Origin: Minisyncoccota bacterium
GTDB lineage: Bacteria; Patescibacteriota; Minisyncoccia; Phycocordibacterales; UBA5272
Direction of reading: 5' to 3'
DNA: 64,000 nt
Assembly: GCA_035905815.1 (NCBI GenBank)
Contig: JAMIGE010000022.1
Location: 18,360 to 82,359 of the forward strand
Part shown: positions 49,995 to 60,230 of the stretch, piece after piece
Position numbering within the stretch: the stretch's first letter is position 1
Layout: the number at the start of each line of letters is the position of its first letter
Made by a program: the position numbers and the translations under genes
Notes under the pieces: model-generated
Databases searched by the model: none
The model's input: only the letters and a program-made list of their open reading frames with translations
What the model was told of the DNA's origin: nothing

Positions 49995-50397
49995 TAGTTA
50001 TCACCACTTTGGTAATCTTTTGCCCGTACTGGTCGAAGAACGCCCAAGGGACATTCACACAACCGTTACTGACGGCCTTCCGATACTTAGGCTTCTTCTT
50101 GATCGCCTTTTCTCGAAACGATTTCGATGCTTCGTCGCCTTCGTACAGTCCGTGTACAGAAAACATTTCTGTCTCGGTTTCGTGGAAAGCAACGACGTGA
50201 CCCCGATATCCTGGCTGGTGCACGATCGCATACATTGCCGGAAATTCTCCGACAGGAGTACGATCACCCACCAACACATGTGTGCACTCTTGCCAGTATT
50301 CACCACCTGCCTTCAGTTCTGAAGGCAGGTGGCCACCGACACATGCCGTAGCATGCGCCAGGTTTACCGTAAGGGTCAAAGAAGCTAACCCCAACAT
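49990..50397 (-). CDS. secreted L,D-transpeptidase (YkuD) catalytic-domain-like protein
   Basis: Signal peptide and an HG...SNGCVNV motif (H-[GS]-x(n)-S-x-G-C-[IV]). Its start shares 1 nt with the stop of the upstream gene (TAATG). Confidence 0.5.
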   Translation of the reverse strand: MLGLASLTLTVNLAHATACVGGHLPSELKAGGEYWQECTHVLVGDRTPVGEFPAMYAIVHQPGYRGHVVAFHETETEMFSVHGLYEGDEASKSFREKAIKKKPKYRKAVSNGCVNVPWAFFDQYGQKITKVVITK

Positions 50398-51908
50398 TAC
50401 TGCGGGATGCGCTTCAGCACAACAGGTACTTCGACACGTTTCTCAACGATTCGATCGACCGGCACTTCAACGCGCTTCTCAACGATCACTTCTTTGGTGA
50501 CAGGCAGCTTGCGCACCTCGATGATACAGTCCCGAAGGATGATTTGAGTTGCCTGCTGCTGCATCGCCCCTGATCCACCCAAGGATCCAGAGCCGCCACT
50601 ACCGGCACCACTATTGCCACCGAGCGAAAACTGGCGCGAGCCAGAAGTACCCAGTACCGTGTTAAAGATGATTGGCTGATGCCCCATCACCACGATCTGG
50701 TCCTTGGTTGGTGTTGGCACTTCTTTAAAGTACACCTGTTCGCCGCCCACTGTATATGGTGCTAGCTCATAAGTGTATCCGAGTGCAACGTCGCTGTTGG
50801 ACACCAAGCCTTGGAATGTACCGACAATTGGAGTCTTCACCACTGTCTGCAGCGGGCCACACGCCAAAGTTTCTTTGATCGTGTTGCCTGCCGCGATGAT
50901 AGATGGCGCCACTTGCGTCACATGGGTCGGAATGAACAGCGTTTTGTTGCTGATATTCGTGACACTGCGATCGCTAGCGTCCACACTAGTGGTATTACCA
51001 GCAGAGCTGTTTGTGTTCTGCTGCGTACCAGTCGTAGCGCTCAGCGAGGCTGAAGTGTTGACCGCACTGTTGCCAGAATTGCCAACTGATCCACCAGCAC
51101 CACCCTGTCCGCCAGCACCACCCTGTGCCTTGTTCGCAACGTTATTAGTGTTGGAAGAATTCTGGTCTTGACGACCCGACAAGGTATTCAGGTTGGCACT
51201 GTTGCCACTATCCTTAACCGTGTTCTGATTGTCATTAGATGACGACGCATTCACCGGGCCGGTACTAGATGTACTGGCGCCGGTTGAATTGTTACCACCA
51301 TTAGCACTCGAAGTCGAGGCGCCGGTAGTAGCAGTCGCAGGTCCAGTAGTCACATTCCCGAGCGTATTTGTATTCGCTCCGTTGGTGTTAGCACCATTAG
51401 TGTTTGCACCGTTGGAATTGTTGCCGTTGGTAGCGGTAGAAGCGCCAGTAGTCCCGGTAACCGAGCCCTGTGTCTGTGCGCCGCCAATGGTCCCAGTGAC
51501 TGAACCCTGGGTCTGATTGCCATTACTGGCAGCAGAATTGTTGGCGTTGTTGGATGTGTTACCGGTCGCATTCGATGAGGTGTTACCACCAGTCATCGAA
51601 TTTGACCCACTGATTGCGGAATCAATACTGCCGCCATTAGCCGAAGTAGTGTTGCCACTACTGGTGGAGTTACTGGCCACCCCACTCTGGGTAGCCGTCG
51701 TCGCAGAGTTATCTGCCGACGAAGACCCGGAAGAGTTGGCTGTATTCGCAGTCGAGCACGCAGAAGAGTTGGACCCGCTAGGAGTCACCGGCACCTGCCC
51801 TGGTGGGCATGTGGTCGTATTCTGCGCGACCGATCCGAGCGACATCGATGCCGCTGCGATTGCAGCGACAAGTGCCGCCATGATACCTCGATACTTACCT
51901 GTTTTCAT
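50397..51908 (-). CDS. secreted S/T/N/G-rich repeat protein with structured C-terminal domain, GC-rich
   Basis: Signal peptide, about 300 aa of low-complexity repeats (GANTNGANTNGANTN, QTQGSVTGT x2) and a C-terminal domain ending in KRVEVPV repeats. Confidence 0.55.
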   Translation of the reverse strand: MKTGKYRGIMAALVAAIAAASMSLGSVAQNTTTCPPGQVPVTPSGSNSSACSTANTANSSGSSSADNSATTATQSGVASNSTSSGNTTSANGGSIDSAISGSNSMTGGNTSSNATGNTSNNANNSAASNGNQTQGSVTGTIGGAQTQGSVTGTTGASTATNGNNSNGANTNGANTNGANTNTLGNVTTGPATATTGASTSSANGGNNSTGASTSSTGPVNASSSNDNQNTVKDSGNSANLNTLSGRQDQNSSNTNNVANKAQGGAGGQGGAGGSVGNSGNSAVNTSASLSATTGTQQNTNSSAGNTTSVDASDRSVTNISNKTLFIPTHVTQVAPSIIAAGNTIKETLACGPLQTVVKTPIVGTFQGLVSNSDVALGYTYELAPYTVGGEQVYFKEVPTPTKDQIVVMGHQPIIFNTVLGTSGSRQFSLGGNSGAGSGGSGSLGGSGAMQQQATQIILRDCIIEVRKLPVTKEVIVEKRVEVPVDRIVEKRVEVPVVLKRIPQ

Positions 51909-52113
51909 TTTGTTTTCCTAACAAAGAGCAAAGCGATCTAGTACAGCACTAATGTGCTGTACCTCGCTCGCGTTAAAAGACTATAGCATTATTTAAATAA
52001 AGAGTCTAGAATTGACAATAATGCATTTATGTTGTATTTAAAATTTATTTTAAATGTGTCTACACTATACTATGATACTCATCCGGCTTATATATGACTG
52101 TTGAAATTAAGTA

Positions 52114-53688
52114 TTAACTATTTTCTAGCCTATTAAATAATGCTTTGCTTGGCATTGTATTAGTTTTAATTGCTTCGTATATGGCCATTGCAGTACGCGG
52201 CATGAAAAAGTACAGATGGTGTGACATATCCCCCAGCATGTATAGACAGTCTCTTATAATGTCACGCGCCTCCTCTTGCTCTACTTTATTATCACTTTTA
52301 ATAAGTTTAAATGGCGCTTTGGACTGTATATATTCATCTAGACTTTTAACCTTGTCGGTCACTAGATGTATTGCCTCATTAATTTTAAAATTATCTAAAT
52401 TATCTGTATATGCATTATTAAGCTTGGAAGATTCAAGTTTTGTTAATATTTCTTTTATATCCTCTTCCTTCAAATATTGTGATGAGAGCTTTAAAATTCT
52501 ATTTACTTGATTGCCTATACCATTTTGCAAGTATGCGCCATATGCGATTCTTATGCTTTCCTTGGTAATATCGCTATCCTCATGTGTAGACACTTCGTGA
52601 CACATCACAAATCGTAGCACCTCTTCTGGATAGTCTGTCACGCTTCCATATTCTGCAATTATATCAAATGGACTGATCACATTGCCTATACTCTTGCTCA
52701 TTTTAACACCACCACTAATTATGTGCCCATTAATCACCACTTTAGAAGTATTCGGGATACCAGCAGATAATAGCATAGCCTGCCAAATCGCGGACTGGGC
52801 CTTGTTATTGTCTTTACCACAATATTGCACAACCTCACGCGCGACACAATCATCTTGCAGCCAGAATTTTTTAAAGTTAGAAGTATCATTGTGCGTGTTG
52901 CTGGCGGCTTCGTAGCTTGCCCAATCAAGTGTTGCAATATAGCTTGTCAGAGCGTCGAACCACACATACATAACGTGATCGCTATCTCCTGGCACTTCTA
53001 CCCCCCATGGCATTTTAGACTTTAGTCTAGATACTGAAAAGTCATGCAGTCCACCTTCTACGAACTTACGTATTTCATTTTGCCTAAAATCTGGCAAGAC
53101 CAGTGGCTGTTGATTAACATCGCTATACAAATTCAAAAGCTGAGCCTGGTATTTAGAAAATTTGAAAAAGTAATTCTCTTCTTCGCTAATTACCAAGTCT
53201 CTATTAGGGTGATCAGGGCATTTACCATCTACTAGCTCGCTATCTGTCTTCTCCATTTCGCAGCCGACACAATAATTAATAGACTGTTTGGATTTGTATA
53301 TATCACCATTAGCTAGGCAAATGTTCCACATCTTCTGGGCAGCTGCCTTGTGCTTATCATCTGTGGTGCGTATAAATGCGTCGTATGATATATTGGCCAG
53401 CTTATGGAATTGCTTAAACTTTTCTGAATTTTTGTCCACATATGCCTGAGTACTTAGGCCTTCCTTAGCTGCGCCCTCATATATTTTCTGACCATGCTCG
53501 TCCGTACCAGTGTTAAAGAATACTTCGTATCCAGCATAGCGCTTGTATCTGGCGACTACGTCCGCCCTTATCATTTCCATAGCAGTACCGATATGTGGCT
53601 CCGAATTCACATATGGAAGCGTAGAAGTTATATAGAACCTCTTTGCGTTACCTATTGATTTTGTGTCTGAATTATTATGATGTGTCAT
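52114..53688 (-). CDS. metG: methionine--tRNA ligase (core, no C-terminal tRNA-binding domain)
   Basis: PYVNSEPHIGTAME (HIGH variant), KMSKSIGN, and a zinc knuckle CxxC...CxxC. Confidence 0.9.
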   Translation of the reverse strand: MTHHNNSDTKSIGNAKRFYITSTLPYVNSEPHIGTAMEMIRADVVARYKRYAGYEVFFNTGTDEHGQKIYEGAAKEGLSTQAYVDKNSEKFKQFHKLANISYDAFIRTTDDKHKAAAQKMWNICLANGDIYKSKQSINYCVGCEMEKTDSELVDGKCPDHPNRDLVISEEENYFFKFSKYQAQLLNLYSDVNQQPLVLPDFRQNEIRKFVEGGLHDFSVSRLKSKMPWGVEVPGDSDHVMYVWFDALTSYIATLDWASYEAASNTHNDTSNFKKFWLQDDCVAREVVQYCGKDNNKAQSAIWQAMLLSAGIPNTSKVVINGHIISGGVKMSKSIGNVISPFDIIAEYGSVTDYPEEVLRFVMCHEVSTHEDSDITKESIRIAYGAYLQNGIGNQVNRILKLSSQYLKEEDIKEILTKLESSKLNNAYTDNLDNFKINEAIHLVTDKVKSLDEYIQSKAPFKLIKSDNKVEQEEARDIIRDCLYMLGDMSHHLYFFMPRTAMAIYEAIKTNTMPSKALFNRLENS

Positions 53689-53740
53689 TGATTAAATATA
53701 ACACAAAAACATAAACCGTGCGACTATATAATTATCGTTA

Positions 53741-54169
53741 TTACTTTAAATACTTATCAGTGATATGCTTCTCCACCTTATACAATACTGCAAGTATAAG
53801 TAATGCAAAGCAAGATATTAGAAATCCAGTACTATAAAAGCCAAGTCCAAACGCAGCGCCAGCCGCAGCTGTAACCCACAATCCAGAGGCGGTAGTTAGG
53901 CCTTGCACTTCGCCCTTGTTATTAATAATTGACCCAGCGCCCAGGAATCCTACACCTACAACTATTTGCCCCATCACAACATAGGGATTCGCGCTCGCAC
54001 CTTGAAATACTGTGGTAGCTAGGTACATAAAGGCGGCAGACCCAGCAGATACCATTGCATATGTCCTCATGCCCGCAATTTTATGAGATAGCAGTCTCTC
54101 AATACCAATGATTGCACCAGCTAGTACTGCTGCGCCAATTCTAAAGAATAAATCTAATTCTGCGCTCAT
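53741..54169 (-). CDS. mgtC: MgtC/SapB family membrane protein
   Basis: RIGAAVLAGAIIGIERLLSHKIAGMRTYAMVSAGSAAF. Confidence 0.75.
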   Translation of the reverse strand: MSAELDLFFRIGAAVLAGAIIGIERLLSHKIAGMRTYAMVSAGSAAFMYLATTVFQGASANPYVVMGQIVVGVGFLGAGSIINNKGEVQGLTTASGLWVTAAAGAAFGLGFYSTGFLISCFALLILAVLYKVEKHITDKYLK

Positions 54170-54180
54170 ATATTCGATAA

Positions 54181-55248
54181 TTATAAATCAATCTTATTAT
54201 ACTCTTCCTCTTCGACACGACCTTGATCTAGGTCATTAAGGAATTCCATTAATATAGACGCCATTGGTACCGCAAGCAGTACACCCCAGAATCCAGCCAA
54301 CTTGGCACCTATAATAAGAGATATTATTACAACTAGTGAAGGCACTCCTACCATCTTATTCATAATTCGTGGCTGAAGTATATGATTCTCAATTTGCGCC
54401 ACAACAAAGAATATAACCATAAGTATACCAGCTAATTTAATACCACCACTAGCAAAAGCAATAAGGAATGCCGGCACCATGGCTAAAGTAAGCCCTACCA
54501 TTGGAATTAATTCCCCTACAAAAGCGAAAGCAGCGATTATGCCAGCATACTGTATACCCACTATCTTTAGCGGTATATATATTAGCACGCACACAATAGC
54601 TCCTAGGAGTATTTGTCCTTGGGCCCAGCGCCCAATTTTAGTCTGACTCCTCTGCCACAAATCAATTACATATGTCTCTCTACTCTTGGGTGTAATTATT
54701 TTAAGGAAATTCTCCACTCCTTTCTCCTGCATTGCGAGGTAGAATGAAATCACAATCAAAACTACAAAGTTAAATATGTTAGAGAATACAACCGTAGTAG
54801 TATGCACTACTCCGCTATCACCAGTAAAGAAGTTTTTAAATGTAGTAAGTATTTGACCTTGGCTGACATTGTTCGAAAACTCTGATACATAGTACGCCAA
54901 ATCCTGCAGCCCTAAATCCCTACCAAATACATTCAGCTGATCAATAAGCTTTGGTAGTGACTGGATGAATTGCGCAATTTCACCTGCTGCTGCTGGCGCA
55001 AATATTGCTATAGCAGATATTATCGCCCCGACTATCAATAGATATATTACCGGCACAGTGACAGATCTAGGTATTTTATACTTTCTGAAAAATTTAACAG
55101 CTGGGTCAAATGATGAAGCTATAACCACCGCTACCAATAATGATATTAAAAAGTCTTTGAGCAAATATGCGGCATAAGCGAACATCCCCCAAAATATTAA
55201 TTTGATTATACTTAGGGAAGTAATGTTGATATTGTAGTATTTTTTCAT
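54181..55248 (-). CDS. AI-2E family transporter (PerM/YhhT-like)
   Basis: 355 aa with 8 TM helices, the typical N-terminal helices and a C-terminal LLAVPMASILMEFL motif. Confidence 0.6.
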   Translation of the reverse strand: MKKYYNINITSLSIIKLIFWGMFAYAAYLLKDFLISLLVAVVIASSFDPAVKFFRKYKIPRSVTVPVIYLLIVGAIISAIAIFAPAAAGEIAQFIQSLPKLIDQLNVFGRDLGLQDLAYYVSEFSNNVSQGQILTTFKNFFTGDSGVVHTTTVVFSNIFNFVVLIVISFYLAMQEKGVENFLKIITPKSRETYVIDLWQRSQTKIGRWAQGQILLGAIVCVLIYIPLKIVGIQYAGIIAAFAFVGELIPMVGLTLAMVPAFLIAFASGGIKLAGILMVIFFVVAQIENHILQPRIMNKMVGVPSLVVIISLIIGAKLAGFWGVLLAVPMASILMEFLNDLDQGRVEEEEYNKIDL

Positions 55249-55267
55249 TGTATTTATTTAGAATTAA

Positions 55268-56626
55268 TTATAACTGCCTAGTGCTAGAGGTGGCAACTTT
55301 TAATGTAGATGCAGCCTTGCCCAATAATGTGCCGACGTCTTTGCTCTGCAGCCTAACGCCAGAGGCCTCTGCGGACAGTGACACAGAATTAGGACCGGTT
55401 ATAATAACAGGGAAATCAATTTCACCTTTGGCTCCAGCTGCCACAGATTTAAATTCTGGATTAGTATTGTAGTCGAACACCTTCTCCTCACTATCTAGCT
55501 TAAGTACTATTTTCATGTTGGTAATTGCTTCATCCAAAGTATTCTGCCAATTTATTCTAATAATACCCTCTGCACCTTGTGGAGCCTCTTTGACCACTTT
55601 GGCATTAAACAGGCTATTAATATTAAGAGCGATGGGGTCGGTAGCTATAACATAGTCTGCTCTACTATCACTTACTAATACATTTTTGCCTTTTACTGAC
55701 AAATACATGTTAGTCCTAACAGATGACTGCTGACCCTGTGCGCCGGACTGGGTACCAGTAATAACTACAGACCGTGATTCGCCTTTGCCTAGATTACTTA
55801 TATCTAGATATTTATTATCTATAAGTGCTGGAGATGAACTTATAAAAGTGAAACCATTTGGATATAATAATTCCAACTTGTAACTACTTAGTGCATTATT
55901 GGTGTTATTAATAATCATGACTTTGGTATCAAATTGCTCTGCCTCTCTTACCTCTTTGACGGTGGACACAGCCAGCTCTACATTCATCGGGGTAATTGCA
56001 ATTTCTTTAGTAGTGACTTTGTTGAAGTTAGCAGCGGCACCTTCTACTTCGTATGTTAAGTCAAGCTTTATATTCCTTCTGTCTGCATCCTTGCCTATTA
56101 ATATAACTTCTGGGACTTTGCCTATCTTGGTCTCCCCTGCTTCTATAGATGGGAATGGCACCGGGACTTTTACAATGTCTTGTGCCCCCTCCTCGTCACT
56201 CCCTCTAGTATACTGCAGAGTCGCAACAGTGTTTACAATCTTAACTTTGTTATTATTAGTAATAGCATAGTCTATATCAAATGTATCTCCTGATGATATC
56301 GTGTCTGGAGTTTTAATTGTAAGTACTATTTGATCACCAGATACCACATTACTATTACTTTTGAATTGATAATACGCAAAGCCAAGCGCTGCTATTAATG
56401 CCATCAAAGAAAAGGCTAGAAAATATTTGAATCTAATACCTTTTACTGGTGATTCTGGCGCTTGTCCTATATTATCACTTGAAACTGGCTGATTCAAATG
56501 GGACCAATCTGTTGGAATTTGATTTGTGGTATTGCTGGTGCGATGCACAGGCTCTACGCCTCTAGCCAAATCGCCAATATCACTACTGTTGCTATATAAT
56601 TTGCTTTCTAAATTATCTAATGCCAT
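55268..56626 (-). CDS. hypothetical membrane-anchored extracellular protein (beta-rich)
   Basis: 452 aa with a single TM helix (FKYFLAFSLMALIAALGFAYYQF) after an about 70-aa cytoplasmic N-terminus. Confidence 0.45.
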   Translation of the reverse strand: MALDNLESKLYSNSSDIGDLARGVEPVHRTSNTTNQIPTDWSHLNQPVSSDNIGQAPESPVKGIRFKYFLAFSLMALIAALGFAYYQFKSNSNVVSGDQIVLTIKTPDTISSGDTFDIDYAITNNNKVKIVNTVATLQYTRGSDEEGAQDIVKVPVPFPSIEAGETKIGKVPEVILIGKDADRRNIKLDLTYEVEGAAANFNKVTTKEIAITPMNVELAVSTVKEVREAEQFDTKVMIINNTNNALSSYKLELLYPNGFTFISSSPALIDNKYLDISNLGKGESRSVVITGTQSGAQGQQSSVRTNMYLSVKGKNVLVSDSRADYVIATDPIALNINSLFNAKVVKEAPQGAEGIIRINWQNTLDEAITNMKIVLKLDSEEKVFDYNTNPEFKSVAAGAKGEIDFPVIITGPNSVSLSAEASGVRLQSKDVGTLLGKAASTLKVATSSTRQL

Positions 56627-56781
56627 GAGAATATTATATCACAAATTAATAGAATACTAATATTTAAATTCGTGCAGTATTGCATAGCTATAGACATACT
56701 GGCCAGAGCTGCTATAATTATATTGGTGGTGTGCTCGTACACTAATATGGCACACTCCTTTACACATTATTTAATATATTT

Positions 56782-57444
56782 ATGAAAAAGTATTTAGCAG
56801 AGATGGTGGGCACAGCAATGCTTGTCATTGGTGGATGTGGGGCGGCTATATTAGCTGGCTCACAGATGGGCGTATTTGGTATTGCGATAGCTTTTGGACT
56901 ATCGCTACTTGTTATTGCATATACTATCGGCAATATTTCTGGTGGACATGTTAACCCTGCCGTGACAATTGGGCTAGCAGCAGCTGGCAAATTCCCAAAG
57001 TCAGAAGTGCTACCATATGTAGCATTTCAAATTATTGGTGGGTTAATAGGAGCGGCAATAGTATGGGTAGCAAATGGTATGCAGGTGTTGGGTGGCGGAT
57101 TCGCTGCTAATCATTTGATGTCAGGAGTCACAACTACCTCTGGCCTAGTAATCGAAGCTGTCATGACTTCATTCTTAGTACTTGCAGTACTATTTACTAC
57201 TCATCACAAGTTCGCGGCTAATATGGGAGGACTACTTGTCGGATCAGTACTAGCACTTATACACATAGTTTCTATTCCTCTGACCAACACATCGGTTAAT
57301 CCAGCGCGTAGTATTGCAGTAGCATTCTATCAGGGTGGCGATGCAGTTAGTCAGCTATGGATATTTATCCTTGCTCCGATCGTGGGCGCAATCCTTGCTA
57401 CAGGTATATATAAGATGATCACAAACAGTAGCGAAAATAACTAA
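56782..57444 (+). CDS. aqpZ: aquaporin / MIP-family channel
   Basis: Two NPA boxes (SGGHVNPAVT and NTSVNPARS) and 6 TM helices. Confidence 0.85.
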   Translation: MKKYLAEMVGTAMLVIGGCGAAILAGSQMGVFGIAIAFGLSLLVIAYTIGNISGGHVNPAVTIGLAAAGKFPKSEVLPYVAFQIIGGLIGAAIVWVANGMQVLGGGFAANHLMSGVTTTSGLVIEAVMTSFLVLAVLFTTHHKFAANMGGLLVGSVLALIHIVSIPLTNTSVNPARSIAVAFYQGGDAVSQLWIFILAPIVGAILATGIYKMITNSSENN

Positions 57445-57459
57445 ATAATACAAATAGTT

Positions 57460-57510
57460 ATACAGAATACAAATAGTGCGGCCTCTGGCCGCACTATTTG
57501 TATTCTGTAT
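57460..57510. terminator. exceptionally long perfect hairpin (24-bp stem, 3-nt loop) between the convergent aqpZ and recO
   Basis: atacagaatacaaatagtgcggcc-tct-ggccgcactatttgtattctgtat, read directly from the sequence. Confidence 0.6.
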
Positions 57511-57526
57511 TTATATGTACCCGCTA

Positions 57527-58081
57527 CTAAAGCATGGTATTAGATATAACCTCTTTGATATATCTTCTGATTCTGTCTGGACTATTAGCACATATTAGGC
57601 ATAATTCTTCTAAAGATGAATTTTTATATTTCTCTATATCCTCAAACCCTAGAACTTGCGCATCTGCATAACCTAAATCGATAAGAGAAATTATATACGC
57701 TGCAGCCCTTAATACTTTGCTATCAATATTCATACCAGCGAGCGATCGAAGCTTATTATATAATTGCGCATGCCGTCCTTCGGCATTTATGAATCTATCC
57801 AGCACCTCTGAAATTATCACTGATGACTGTAGCTTAATACTGTTATCCTCTTCTAGGATACCAGTAAGCCTATACATTTCTCTACCCTTTACAACTGTTA
57901 CGCTGGCATACCTATTCTTCTTAATATGTAATTTAAGCTTGGATTCTATTTTGCGGGCTGACTTGGCCATTACAAATATCAATCCATATGCATGAGTAAA
58001 CATTTTAATTAGCATATCATTCTCTCCGACCTCATATAGCTCAATAATGATCGCATCTGTAGTGTATTTCTCTATTGCCAT
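57527..58081 (-). CDS. recO: DNA repair protein RecO-like (OB-fold N-terminus, no zinc finger)
   Basis: DAIIIELYEVGENDMLIKMFTHAYGLIFVMAKSARKIESK follows the RecO N-terminal pattern. Located immediately downstream of mnmA. Confidence 0.5.
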   Translation of the reverse strand: MAIEKYTTDAIIIELYEVGENDMLIKMFTHAYGLIFVMAKSARKIESKLKLHIKKNRYASVTVVKGREMYRLTGILEEDNSIKLQSSVIISEVLDRFINAEGRHAQLYNKLRSLAGMNIDSKVLRAAAYIISLIDLGYADAQVLGFEDIEKYKNSSLEELCLICANSPDRIRRYIKEVISNTML

Positions 58082-58082
58082 G

Positions 58083-59258
58083 CTAAATTATAATCCCTCC
58101 ACCAATGCATTTATTGCCATCATATATAACTAGACTTTGGCCGGGTACTCTTATAATCACACCTGATACTACTTCGAATTCAGTAGAACTAATACATTTA
58201 ACAGTTGCCAGCTCTGCCCTATATCTACCCCTCGCACTATATTCCGTGCCTATGTTAGGAGCACTTAGAATCCAGCTCTCATCCTTAATTCTAATTACTA
58301 GAGTACTTTGATTTTGGGCTCCACGATCTCTATTTACATCCATTTGCGAGCTCACTGTTATAGTATTATTAGCTACATCCTTATCCACCACATACATTGC
58401 ACTGCTACTAGTTTTGTTATTATAAATTTTAAATCCATGCCTTTCACCAATAGTATATAAAACAGCCCCATCATGCTCGCCAATTACTTTTGCCTCTTCA
58501 TCTAGCACAACTCCCGGGGATACATTTATTTCATGTTTTAAGAAGTCTTTAATATTTAAATCCCCCAGCATGCATATGCCTTGTGAATCCTTTTTGTTAC
58601 TTACCCACAAATTATTTACGAGGGCCAATCTCCTCACCTCTGACTTCAGCTTGTCTCCGAGTGGGAATATTATATGCTGCATTTCTTGGCTATTTAGTCT
58701 ATACAGAAAGTAGCTTTGATCTTTAGAACTATCGGACGCTACAAACATTTCAGACTTGGTTAGATTACTCATCGAATCTTTGGTCTTTAATATTTTAGCA
58801 TAATGGCCGGTGGCGATATAATCAGCACCCTTTGACTTTGCAAAATCCCAGAACCCTCCAAATTTTATATACCTATTACACATAATATCCGGATTTGGAG
58901 TAACTCCATTTTTAAATTCAGACAGCATGTAATCTATCACATCCTCCTTGTAAGACTTTTCCAAATCCAGAGTTAGGAATTTAATACCTAATTGCGCTGC
59001 CACTCTCATAGCATCATGTCTGTCTGACCTCCATGTACACTCGACATAATCCGGCTGCCAAGTTTTGATAAATACGCCCGTCACATCATATCCACCGCGA
59101 GAGAGCAGCATTGCAGATACAGCGCTATCCACACCACCAGACAGGCCTACATACACCTTGGTCCTGTGTCCGGCTTTGTTCCCAACCTTTTCACTTTTTG
59201 TATTATGAGTATTAAATAATTTACTCGCCATTAAAATATCATAGCAGAATTTAGCCAA
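58083..59258 (-). CDS. mnmA: tRNA-specific 2-thiouridylase
   Basis: PP-loop VYVGLSGGVDSAV, a later catalytic Cys (CMLGDL), and 391 aa. Confidence 0.85.
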   Translation of the reverse strand: MAKFCYDILMASKLFNTHNTKSEKVGNKAGHRTKVYVGLSGGVDSAVSAMLLSRGGYDVTGVFIKTWQPDYVECTWRSDRHDAMRVAAQLGIKFLTLDLEKSYKEDVIDYMLSEFKNGVTPNPDIMCNRYIKFGGFWDFAKSKGADYIATGHYAKILKTKDSMSNLTKSEMFVASDSSKDQSYFLYRLNSQEMQHIIFPLGDKLKSEVRRLALVNNLWVSNKKDSQGICMLGDLNIKDFLKHEINVSPGVVLDEEAKVIGEHDGAVLYTIGERHGFKIYNNKTSSSAMYVVDKDVANNTITVSSQMDVNRDRGAQNQSTLVIRIKDESWILSAPNIGTEYSARGRYRAELATVKCISSTEFEVVSGVIIRVPGQSLVIYDGNKCIGGGIII

Positions 59259-59412
59259 AAGCGCGAATTGTATATAAATTGAATAATCTAGTATGGCAAA
59301 ATTAAAACGCTATATTCATTCTATATTATATGTACTATATTATACATACTATAAAAATCCTATGCGTTTAGTTTTGCTCTAGCCTATTTGAGACCTAAGT
59401 ATTAAGTCCAAA

Positions 59413-60099
59413 TTAAAATCTAGGCACAATATCCTGACGTTGCATGTTGGCTACATTATTACAGAGCTCTTCTAGTGATGTGTAATGATTTGCACCGTTT
59501 AGAAGTGCATGCCCCACATGACTTGTTCCAATTTCATACTCTACACTACCCATGCTTATAGCATTGTCTGGCCACCCAATGAAAAGCCTTTCGCTTACTC
59601 TTTTATCATTTTCGGCGATTGCCATCCACTGACCCAGCTCCCTGTTGGTCGTCAAGCCTAGTAACTGCTCCCTATTTCTAGGTATCCAGAATACTCGATA
59701 CTTTGAATGCCGAAGACCAACTCTTTCCCACTTATGGACAAAATCACTAGAAGTGAAATCATCTTTGAAAGTGTTAAGCAAGTAGCTTTGTCCACGGAAT
59801 TCAGGAGCTATAATGAAGCCGTCAAATCCTGCAGTCCTCAAATAGTGATGTGCATCCTTCCTCCATAAATAGTCTGGTATCGCATCGCGAGATGTGGGAC
59901 CACCCAGGAACACTGCGCCCTGCCTTCTGAGCTGATCCAGGCTATGACCTATTTTGTCGTCATAGAAAAGAGCTCTCTCATCCTCCCACATCGCTTTGAG
60001 TCTGCATAGCCCATTGGCATGCAAGTCAATGGCAGAGGAGATCTTTGTTTTCATAGCATTAGTTAGCATTATGCTATCCTTCACTTTTAGCTGCGACAT
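59413..60099 (-). CDS. hypothetical protein, GC-rich (Rossmann-like Gly loop VFLGGPTS; function unknown)
   Basis: 228 aa, about 50% GC, with its own flanking AT-rich spacers. Confidence 0.4.
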   Translation of the reverse strand: MSQLKVKDSIMLTNAMKTKISSAIDLHANGLCRLKAMWEDERALFYDDKIGHSLDQLRRQGAVFLGGPTSRDAIPDYLWRKDAHHYLRTAGFDGFIIAPEFRGQSYLLNTFKDDFTSSDFVHKWERVGLRHSKYRVFWIPRNREQLLGLTTNRELGQWMAIAENDKRVSERLFIGWPDNAISMGSVEYEIGTSHVGHALLNGANHYTSLEELCNNVANMQRQDIVPRF

Positions 60100-60170
60100 T
60101 GCAGCCTCTCAACTATATAACTATTTATTGAATATGTCAACATTAACATTATAGCGTATATTAAAAATAT

Positions 60171-60196
60171 AAAAACAGGACATATGTCCTGTTTTG
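60171..60196. terminator. hairpin (acaggacatatgtcctgt) with flanking A/T tracts
   Basis: Perfect palindromic stem 3' of the 60231 gene. Confidence 0.55.
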
Positions 60197-60230
60197 ATTT
60201 TGATTAAAGTAATGGATTCTAACTAATGGG

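Noticed and set aside
59413-60099. Assignment of the 228-aa protein as nucleoside 2-deoxyribosyltransferase-like
   Set aside because: The only support is a weak VFLGGP loop resemblance, with no catalytic Glu context that I can verify by eye. It is left as unknown.
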